Source of the DNA: Trinickia terrae
GTDB lineage: Bacteria > Pseudomonadota > Gammaproteobacteria > Burkholderiales > Burkholderiaceae
Direction: 5' to 3'
Assembly: GCF_005144415.1 (NCBI RefSeq)
Contig: NZ_SWJE01000005.1
Location: forward strand, 324,134 to 348,133
DNA length: 24,000 nt
Part shown: one piece after another, positions 1 through 6,304 of the stretch
Layout of the letters: every line of letters begins with the position of its first letter
How positions within the stretch are numbered: the first letter of the stretch is position 1
Notes under the pieces: generated by a model
Seen by the model: the letters and a program-made list of their open reading frames with translations, nothing else
Databases searched by the model: none
Told to the model about the DNA's origin: nothing
Program-made: the position numbers and the translations under genes

Positions 1-261
1 GCGTCGGCGACGATCGATCTCGAGCACGACCGCGCCGACGAGGAGTGCGGTCACAAGATCGGCTGTCCGCTGCGCGTGCTGTGGGGCGAGGAGGGCGTGA
101 TCGAGCTGTGCTTCGATCCGCTCGCCGAGTGGCGGCGGGTGGCGCGCGACGCGAGCGGGCGGGCGCTGCCGTGCGGGCATTACATTCCGGAAGAGGCGCC
201 CGGCGAACTCGTTGCCGAGATGTTGTCGTTCTTCGAGGCGAACGAGCCGGCGGAAAGCTGA
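1..261 (+). CDS. alpha/beta-fold hydrolase, C-terminal fragment (haloacetate/fluoroacetate dehalogenase-like); 5' end outside window
   Basis: Frame 1 is open from base 1 to TGA at 259-261. The translation ...DLEHDRADEECGHKIGCPLRVLWGEEGVIELCFDPLAEWRRVARDASGRALPCGHYIPEEAPGELVAEMLSFF has the C-terminal catalytic-His region (GH-x-x-PEEAP) typical of this hydrolase subfamily. Confidence 0.75.
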   Translation, partial: ASATIDLEHDRADEECGHKIGCPLRVLWGEEGVIELCFDPLAEWRRVARDASGRALPCGHYIPEEAPGELVAEMLSFFEANEPAES

Positions 262-840
262 CTAGCGCTTGGTGCGCGAGCGCGCGGCGGGCGAAGGCGC
301 AGCAGCCGATGCCGCGGCGGCCGATGCCGTTTTCGCGCCTGCTGCCGCCGGACGCGCCTCTTCTTCGAGTTCCGGCGGCGCGAGCGGCGGCAGGCGGCGC
401 GGGACCGGCGTCGACTTGACGATCGCCGTGCTCGTTTCGGCGCGCTCGGTGACTTTCGACAGGATCTCGTCGAGCTGCTCGATCGAGCGCAGCACCAGGC
501 GGCAGACGAAGCAATCGTCGCCCGTCACCTTGTCGCATTCGACGAACTCGGGAATGCGGCGGAGCACCTCCTCGACCAGGTGCAGTTGCCCGGGCAGCGG
601 CTTCACGCGCACGATCGCCTGCAGCGTGTAGCCGAGCGCGCGCGGGTCGATCTGCACCGTGTAGCGCTCGATCACGCCTTGCGTTTCGAGCCGCCGCAGC
701 CGCTCGGCCGTGCTCGGCGCGGACAGCCCGACCTGGCGGGCCAATTCGCTCACCGCCATGCGCGAGTCTTCGGCGAGCGCGGACAACAGCGCGCGGTCCG
801 TTTCGTCGAGCGCGGCGGCGGAATAAAGGCGTTTTGGCAT
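262..840 (-). CDS. Lrp/AsnC-family transcriptional regulator with an unusual Ala/Pro-rich C-terminal tail
   Basis: Has an N-terminal HTH (LDETDRALLSALAEDSRMAVSELARQVGLSAPSTAERLRRLETQGVI) followed by an RAM/AsnC_trans_reg-type domain. ATG at 840 is preceded by AAGG 5 nt upstream; an in-frame GTG at 846 is the alternative start. Divergent from the EamA transporter, a common arrangement. Confidence 0.9.
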   Translation of the reverse strand: MPKRLYSAAALDETDRALLSALAEDSRMAVSELARQVGLSAPSTAERLRRLETQGVIERYTVQIDPRALGYTLQAIVRVKPLPGQLHLVEEVLRRIPEFVECDKVTGDDCFVCRLVLRSIEQLDEILSKVTERAETSTAIVKSTPVPRRLPPLAPPELEEEARPAAAGAKTASAAAASAAAPSPAARSRTKR

Positions 841-846
841 TTTCAC

Positions 847-965
847 CTTCGATTATTAGCTGACGTTGCGTCGTTGCCTTAGTTTAGCCATGTATTGCGG
901 CGATCGAAATCTCTACACTCGGTGACATCGAGTGAAAACCGGGCAACCGGAAAAGAGAGTCCGTC
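847..965. promoter_or_regulatory. divergent promoter region between Lrp-family regulator and EamA transporter; contains 6-bp inverted repeat CACTCG-N7-CGAGTG at 916-934
   Basis: A 119-bp, relatively AT-rich gap between divergent starts. The inverted repeat was read directly from the sequence. No -10/-35 could be assigned with confidence. Confidence 0.35.
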
Positions 966-1865
966 ATGGCTACCCAGGAAATCCGCCGCGGCGCCGCCGA
1001 AATGAGCGCCGCCATGCTGATGTCGGGGACGATCGGCTGGCTGGTCGTCTCGTCGCAGCAATCGTCCGTCAACGTCGTGTTCTTCCGCTGCGTGTTCGGC
1101 GCGGCCACGCTCTTCGTCATCTGTCTCGCGCTCGGTCTGATCCGCCGCGAGCTTGTCTCGTGGCGCATGCTCGGGCTCGTCGCGCTCGCCGGCGCCGCGA
1201 TCGTCGGCAACTGGCTGCTGCTGTTCGCCGCCTACTCGCGCGCGTCGATCTCGATGGCGACCGCCGTCTACAACACCCAGCCGTTCATGCTCGTCGCGCT
1301 CGGCGCGATTGTGTTCCGCGAGCGCGTGACGCCATCGATGATCGCATGGCTCGTCGTGGCGTTCATCGGGCTGGTGTTCGTCGTGCGCGTGGAGCCTGCC
1401 GTGCTGGCGATACCGGGCGAGTACCTCGAAGGCGTTGCGCTCGCGCTCGGCGCGGCCTTCCTCTACGCGATCTCGTCGATCATCACCAAGCGGCTCAAGG
1501 GCACGCCGCCGCATCTGATCGCGCTGATCCAGACCGTGCTCGGCGCGTTGATGCTTGCGCCGCTCGTGGGCTTCGACGCGCTGCCCACGGCGAGCGTGCA
1601 CTGGTTCCAGCTCGCGACGCTCGGCGTCGTCCATACCGGCCTCATCTACGTGCTGCTGTATGGCGCGATCCAGAAGCTGCCGACGGCGATGACGGGCGCG
1701 CTGTCGTTCATCTATCCGATCGTTGCGATCGTCGTCGACCGCATCGCGTTCGGGCAGTCCCTCGCTTGGATTCAAGTCGCGGGAGCGGCGTTGATCCTGC
1801 TTGCGGCAGCGGGCGTGAATCTCGGCTGGCGCATCGTGCCGCAGCGGCGGTTATCGTCGACGTAA
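966..1865 (+). CDS. EamA/DMT-superfamily permease (10-TM drug/metabolite exporter type)
   Basis: A 299-aa, highly hydrophobic protein with the two-repeat EamA organisation (…FFRCVFGAATLFVI…, …LYAISSIITKRL…, …YGAIQKLPTAMTGALSFIYPIVAIVV…). It has an ATG start and is paired with a divergent Lrp regulator. Confidence 0.9.
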   Translation: MATQEIRRGAAEMSAAMLMSGTIGWLVVSSQQSSVNVVFFRCVFGAATLFVICLALGLIRRELVSWRMLGLVALAGAAIVGNWLLLFAAYSRASISMATAVYNTQPFMLVALGAIVFRERVTPSMIAWLVVAFIGLVFVVRVEPAVLAIPGEYLEGVALALGAAFLYAISSIITKRLKGTPPHLIALIQTVLGALMLAPLVGFDALPTASVHWFQLATLGVVHTGLIYVLLYGAIQKLPTAMTGALSFIYPIVAIVVDRIAFGQSLAWIQVAGAALILLAAAGVNLGWRIVPQRRLSST

Positions 1866-2076
1866 GGGGCCGTAAGAATTGTTCTGGATTTCGAAGCAAT
1901 TTGCCGGAGCGTGGCATCCGTACAGGGCGCTTCGTCAATTCGAGCGCTGGTGAAATAGCGCCAGCGCAAGCCAGGCAAAAGACGCTTCGAGGCAAAACGT
2001 CAGCAGTCTGTAGGGAAATTACCGATGCGTTCCAGGTGGGGTGGCCGGTATTATCGATATGGACGCTGATCACGTC

Positions 2077-2121
2077 AAAAATTCCGCCGCACGCCATTTC
2101 AGGCGCGCGGCTTTCTTTTTT
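2077..2121. terminator. bidirectional rho-independent terminator shared by convergent eamA-type gene and the ghrA..maoC operon
   Basis: Stem GCCGCACGCC (2086-2095) pairs with GGCGCGCGGC (2102-2111): 9 bp plus one mismatch, loop ATTTCA. It is followed by TTTCTTTTTT on the plus strand and preceded by AAAAA (2077-2081), which gives a U-run on the minus strand. Confidence 0.65.
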
Positions 2122-2216
2122 GTCGACCGGAGTTCGCGCTTTAGCGCGTTACTCTGGTCCCATGCAAAGCTGTGCGGCGTTTTTCGCGGCGTTCTCGCGG
2201 CGCGCCGGGCGGACGC

Positions 2217-2669
2217 TCAATCTTCTGGCCGCTTGGCTTCTTCAGGCATCACGAGAATCGTGGCCGCGCCGAGCAGCGCGGTTTCGCCGCGCTGGTTGAC
2301 TGCACTGCCTTCGAGCGTCACGAGATCGCCGTTCAGGCTCTCTTTCCAATAGGCATCGACGACACGCCAACTCAGCGTGAGCGTATCGCCCGCGTGCACG
2401 GCTTTCTTCAGCTTGAAATCGAACTCGAGTCCGAGGGACTGCGCGTACTTCGTGAAGTGCGTGGCAAGCAGCGCCATAAAATGCGCAACCGGCTGCGTGC
2501 CCGACGCGATGATCCCGCCGAACCGGCTTTGTGCGGCGTAGGCTTCGTCGTGATGCAGCGGGTTCAGGTCGTTGACGAGCGTCGCGAACGACTTGATCGA
2601 TTCGAGCGGCAGCGTCAGCGTGCTGCTGCACGTCTCGCCGATCTGCACCACGCGGGACGGCTCGTTCAT
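2217..2669 (-). CDS. MaoC-like (R)-specific enoyl-CoA hydratase / hot-dog fold dehydratase
   Basis: A 150-aa protein from ATG at 2669. It has the hydratase-2 type motif FATLVNDLNPLHHDEAYAAQSRFGGIIASG. Its start overlaps the upstream stop as ATGA (2666-2669). Confidence 0.85.
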   Translation of the reverse strand: MNEPSRVVQIGETCSSTLTLPLESIKSFATLVNDLNPLHHDEAYAAQSRFGGIIASGTQPVAHFMALLATHFTKYAQSLGLEFDFKLKKAVHAGDTLTLSWRVVDAYWKESLNGDLVTLEGSAVNQRGETALLGAATILVMPEEAKRPED

Positions 2670-2917
2670 GGCGCATTCACCCGCCGTTTGTCCATCAGCG
2701 ATGCGTGGCGCAGATCGGTCTGCGCCAGGATCGCGCGCTTCGCGTCGTCGTCGCTTTGCGACCAGGCGCGGATCTCGTCGATCGTGCGCAGGCACCCGTC
2801 GCACCATTGCGTTTCCGGGTTGATCCGGCACACGTTGATGCACGGCGACGGCACGGCCGGCGCCGGCGGTGTTTGCAGTGCGGTCTCGGCTTGATTGGCT
2901 TCGGCGGAATTCGTCAT
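2666..2917 (-). CDS. DUF1289-family small cysteine-rich protein (predicted metal/Fe-S binding)
   Basis: An 83-aa protein from ATG at 2917, with the signature SPCINVCRINPETQWCDGCLRTIDEIRAW. It has ATGA overlaps with both neighbours (2914-2917 and 2666-2669). Confidence 0.8.
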   Translation of the reverse strand: MTNSAEANQAETALQTPPAPAVPSPCINVCRINPETQWCDGCLRTIDEIRAWSQSDDDAKRAILAQTDLRHASLMDKRRVNAP

Positions 2918-3432
2918 GCGTCGCGCAACGCCACGTCGGCCACCGGCGCGCCCGTCAGTGCGACGAGCTCTTGCGGCGACAGGTTGAACACCGCGTGCGG
3001 ATGGCCCGCCGCGGCCCACAGGCTGTCGAGCTCGAGCAAGTCGGCGTCGATCAGCGTGACGGGCGGTGTGGCGTGCCCGATCGGGCAGACGCCGCCGATC
3101 GCATAGCCCGTCTTCTCGCGGACGAACTTCGCGTCGGCGCGCGCGATCTCGCCGACTTGCTGCGCGACTTTCTTCTCGTCGACGCGATTCGCGCCGCTCG
3201 CGACCACCAGCACGGGCGCATCGTCTTCGCGGCGCCGGAACAGGATCGACTTCGCGATCTGCGCGACCGAGCAGCCGAGGCCCGCGGCGGCTTCGGCCGA
3301 AGTCTTGCCGGTCTCCGGCAGCATCACGACGGACTTGGCGTGCCCGCGCTCGCGCAGCAATTGCGCGACGCGGCGGGCGCTATCAGGGAGGGCGTCGTCG
3401 CCGCTCGATGGGGAAATGGCTATGCCGGACAT
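2914..3432 (-). CDS. YbaK/EbsC/ProX-type aminoacyl-tRNA editing (trans-deacylase) domain protein
   Basis: A 172-aa protein. KTSAEAAAGLGCSVAQIAKSILF…VLVVASGANRVDEKKV…TGYAIGGVCPIGH matches the YbaK/prolyl-tRNA synthetase-associated domain pattern. Confidence 0.85.
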   Translation of the reverse strand: MSGIAISPSSGDDALPDSARRVAQLLRERGHAKSVVMLPETGKTSAEAAAGLGCSVAQIAKSILFRRREDDAPVLVVASGANRVDEKKVAQQVGEIARADAKFVREKTGYAIGGVCPIGHATPPVTLIDADLLELDSLWAAAGHPHAVFNLSPQELVALTGAPVADVALRDA

Positions 3433-3483
3433 GGAGCGATCGTTCGTATCGTTGAATGGATGAGTGAGCCGCAGGCAGCACGC

Positions 3484-4407
3484 TCACGAGCACGCGGGCT
3501 GGCTGCGCGCCTTCGCGAGCAACGCCTTGCCTGCGCGCGACACGTTGGGCCGGCCGATCGAGGTCGAGATGAAATCGCCGATCGCGACCACCTGGTCGAG
3601 ATCGATGCCCGTCTCGATGCCGAGGCCGTTCATCAGGTACAGCACGTCTTCGGTCGCGACGTTGCCGGTCGCGCCCTTCGCATACGGGCAGCCGCCGAGC
3701 CCCGCAACGGAGGCGTGGAAGATCTCGATGCCTTCGAGGAGCGCGGCGTAGATGTTCGCGAGCGCTTGGCCGTAGGTATCGTGGAAGTGCCCGGAAAGCC
3801 GCTCGCGCGGGAATGCCTGCGTGACTGCGGAGAACACTTCGCGCGTGCGTTTCGGGGTGCCGACGCCGATCGTGTCGGCGATATCGATCTCGTCGCAGCC
3901 AAGCGCCGCGAAACGCTCGACGACATCGACCACCGACGCCACCGGCACCTCGCCTTGATACGGGCACCCGAGCGAGCACGACACGCTGCCGCGCACGCGC
4001 AGGCCGTGCTCCTTAGCAGCGGCGACGACCGGCTCGAAGCGCGCGATGCTCTCCGCGATGCTGCAATTGATGTTCTTCTGCGAGAAGGCCTCGCTGGCCG
4101 CGCCGAAAATGACGATCTCGCCGGCACGCGCGGCGAGCGCGCCTTCGAAGCCCTTCAGGTTCGGCGTCAGCACCGAATAGATCGTGCCCGCGCGGCGTTC
4201 GATGCCGTTCATGACCTCGGCGCCGTCGGCCATCTGCGGCACCCATTTCGGCGACACGAACGAGGCCGACTCGACGTTCCTGAAGCCCGCTGCCGCAAGC
4301 CGGTTGACGAGCTCGATCTTGACGGCCGTCGACACGAATTCCTTCTCGTTCTGCAGCCCGTCGCGCGGGCCGACTTCAACGATCTTCACTGCGCTGGGGA
4401 TCGACAT
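3484..4407 (-). CDS. mvaB: hydroxymethylglutaryl-CoA lyase
   Basis: A 307-aa protein. The N-terminus VKIVEVGPRDGLQNEK and the later …HFHDTYGQALANI…ASVAGLGGCPYAKGATGNVATED are textbook HMG-CoA lyase motifs. AGGAGA Shine-Dalgarno lies upstream of ATG 4407. Confidence 0.95.
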   Translation of the reverse strand: MSIPSAVKIVEVGPRDGLQNEKEFVSTAVKIELVNRLAAAGFRNVESASFVSPKWVPQMADGAEVMNGIERRAGTIYSVLTPNLKGFEGALAARAGEIVIFGAASEAFSQKNINCSIAESIARFEPVVAAAKEHGLRVRGSVSCSLGCPYQGEVPVASVVDVVERFAALGCDEIDIADTIGVGTPKRTREVFSAVTQAFPRERLSGHFHDTYGQALANIYAALLEGIEIFHASVAGLGGCPYAKGATGNVATEDVLYLMNGLGIETGIDLDQVVAIGDFISTSIGRPNVSRAGKALLAKARSQPACS

Positions 4408-4455
4408 GGTTTTTGTCTCCTGGATGCTTGGAAGGTGAGTGCGATGCGTGATGTG

Positions 4456-5397
4456 TCAGTAGCCGCGCGCCAGATCGACGACGCCGCTGATCGCTTCGCC
4501 GCGTTCGAGCGCCGCAATCTTTTGCGCCACTTGCTGCACGCTTTCTTCGCGCAGCGTTTCGGCCGAGCTGTGCGGCGTGATCGTGATGCGCGGCTCGCGC
4601 CAGAACGGATGCTCCGGATCGAGCGGCTCGTTGCGGAAGACGTCGAGCGTGGCGGCGGCGATCTGTCCGTCCTTCAGCGCGTCGAGCAGGTCTTCTTCGA
4701 CGAGATGCGCGCCGCGCGCCACGTTCACGAGATACGCGCCGCGCGCGAGCTTCGAGAAGGTGCGGCGGTTCAGCACGTCGTGCGTGTCGGGGGTGCTCGG
4801 CAGCAGGTTCACGAGCACCTTCACGCCGTCGAGAAACGCGTCGAGCCGATCGGCGCCTGCGTAGGCCGTCACGCCGTCGATGCGCTTTTCGCCGCGGCTG
4901 TAGCCGCGCACCGGCAGGCCGAACGACGCGAGCGTCTTCGCGACATGCGCGCCGAGCGCGCCGAGCCCGAGCACGCCGACGGTGAAGGTGCGGCGCGGAT
5001 GCGGCTCGAGCACGTGCCAGCGGCGCTCGGCCTGCAGGCGCTCGTATTCGTCGAAGCGGCGCAGGTAGCGCAGCACCGCATGCGTCACGTATTCGGCCAT
5101 TTGCGCGGCCATGCCCGTGTCTTCGAGCCGCACGAGCACCGCGTCGCGCGGCAGCGTGCCCGGATGCGCCGCTTCGAGCGCCAGAATCGCATCGGCGCCG
5201 GCGCCGAGATTGAACACCGCGCGCAGGCCGGGCCGCGCGGTGAACAGCTCGCGCGGCGGACGCCAGACGATCGCGTAATCGGCGTTCGCGGAGTCGCCCG
5301 GCTGCCATTCGCGCAGCTCGGCGCGCGGCAGCGCCTGGGCCAGGTCGCGCAGCCAGGCGGACGCGTCGCCATGCGGCGTGTAGAACAGAATCTTCAT
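4456..5397 (-). CDS. ghrA: glyoxylate/hydroxypyruvate reductase A (D-2-hydroxyacid dehydrogenase family)
   Basis: A 313-aa protein. The N-terminus MKILFYTPHGDASAWLRDLAQALPRAELREWQPGDSANADYAIVWRPP is collinear with enterobacterial GhrA. It also has the NAD-binding motif VGVLGLGALG and the catalytic region NVARGAHLVEEDLL…TPHSS. Confidence 0.9.
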   Translation of the reverse strand: MKILFYTPHGDASAWLRDLAQALPRAELREWQPGDSANADYAIVWRPPRELFTARPGLRAVFNLGAGADAILALEAAHPGTLPRDAVLVRLEDTGMAAQMAEYVTHAVLRYLRRFDEYERLQAERRWHVLEPHPRRTFTVGVLGLGALGAHVAKTLASFGLPVRGYSRGEKRIDGVTAYAGADRLDAFLDGVKVLVNLLPSTPDTHDVLNRRTFSKLARGAYLVNVARGAHLVEEDLLDALKDGQIAAATLDVFRNEPLDPEHPFWREPRITITPHSSAETLREESVQQVAQKIAALERGEAISGVVDLARGY

Positions 5398-5540
5398 ATC
5401 GTTTCGAGTGATCGCGCGCTGTGCGAGGCGGACGAGGAGGGTGCCGGCATGAAGCCACTCCGTTAAGAACAGGCTTCATTCTACTTTTTCGGGAGAGGCC
5501 GCGCGCGGCGTGCGGCGCCGGGGCGCTCGGCGGTCCCTGT

Positions 5541-5577
5541 TTGCCGATAACCAAAGCACAAAAAATTGGTTCGGCAA
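5541..5577. promoter_or_regulatory. inverted repeat TTGCCGA(TA)ACCAA-N11-TTGGTTCGGCAA in divergent ghrA / ydeN-like promoter region (candidate operator)
   Basis: Read directly: arms at 5541-5554 and 5566-5577, 12 matching positions with a 2-nt bulge, and an A-rich spacer. It lies 53-89 nt upstream of ATG 5630. The binding factor is unknown. Confidence 0.35.
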
Positions 5578-5629
5578 GCAAGACGCGGGCGCGAGAATGC
5601 CCACTCGGATTCCTCGCCGGGAGGCGCAC

Positions 5630-6241
5630 ATGCTTGCATGCAGCAAATCGACATGGCCGCCGCGCCTCGTGACCGTACCGGGCCTTCACGGCAGCGAGGG
5701 CGCGCACTGGCAGACCTGGCTCGAGCGGCAATTCGCACGCTCGCTGCGCGTCGAGCAGGCCGATTGGGATGCGCCGCATCTCGCGACGTGGTCGCAGGCT
5801 GTGCGCGACCTTCTCGCGCGCGAGAAGGGGCCGGTCGTGCTCGCCGCGCACAGCTTCGGGTGCCTGGCGGCCGCGCACGCGTTCGCGCAGGGGACGCATG
5901 CGGCGAATGTCGCCGGCGTGCTGTTCGTCGCGCCTGCGAGTCCGAAGAAATTTGCGTTTGCGGGGCAGTTCGAGGCGCGGCGGCTAGGCGTGCCCTCGAT
6001 CGTGATCGGCAGCGAAACCGATCCGTGGATGCCGCTCGCCGATGCGCGCGAGCTGGCGCGGCGTCTCGGGAGCGCGTTCGTGAATCTCGGCGACGCGGGG
6101 CATATCAATGTCGCGGCAGGCTTCGGGCCGTGGCCGCGCGCGAAGTATTTCATCGACACGCTCGTGCATTGCGCCGCGCCGCTGCGCTTTCACGGCGACG
6201 AGCCGGTCGAGTTGGCCCCGCACGCGCTCGCCGGAGCTTGA
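5630..6241 (+). CDS. RBBP9/YdeN-family serine hydrolase (alpha/beta fold)
   Basis: A 203-aa protein from ATG 5630, with GGGAGG 5 nt upstream. VTVPGLHGSEGAHWQTWLE … VLAAHSFGCLAA (nucleophile elbow) … GSETDPWMP … GHIN matches the YdeN family pattern. Upstream in-frame starts at 5510 and 5597 lack a ribosome-binding site. Confidence 0.8.
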   Translation: MLACSKSTWPPRLVTVPGLHGSEGAHWQTWLERQFARSLRVEQADWDAPHLATWSQAVRDLLAREKGPVVLAAHSFGCLAAAHAFAQGTHAANVAGVLFVAPASPKKFAFAGQFEARRLGVPSIVIGSETDPWMPLADARELARRLGSAFVNLGDAGHINVAAGFGPWPRAKYFIDTLVHCAAPLRFHGDEPVELAPHALAGA

Positions 6242-6304
6242 GCGCGGCGGGACCGTCATCGAGCTCCCGTTTCTAGCGGGGGCTGTCTGCATTTTCCGAC
6301 GTCG

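Noticed and set aside
879-1775. 298-aa minus-strand ORF and 455-aa plus-strand ORF (932-2299) overlapping the EamA transporter gene
   Set aside because: The 966-1865 frame gives a coherent 10-TM hydrophobic protein. The alternatives are charged, low-complexity shadows.
1708-2097. 129-aa minus-strand ORF starting in the eamA-downstream gap and running into the eamA 3' end
   Set aside because: It begins inside the terminator hairpin and overlaps the transporter gene antisense for half its length. It has no ribosome-binding site and no recognisable motifs.
2869-5466. 865-aa plus-strand ORF spanning the antisense of the DUF1289, ybaK-like, HMG-CoA lyase and ghrA genes
   Set aside because: The product is extremely Arg/Ala/Gly-rich with no recognisable motifs. 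It lies exactly antisense to four well-supported genes. This is a typical stop-codon-poor shadow frame of roughly 70% G+C DNA.
4376-5899. 507-aa minus-strand ORF crossing the ghrA gene and the ghrA/ydeN divergent promoter
   Set aside because: It is out of frame with ghrA and has an Arg/Ala-rich product. It would run through a divergent promoter region. Considered spurious.
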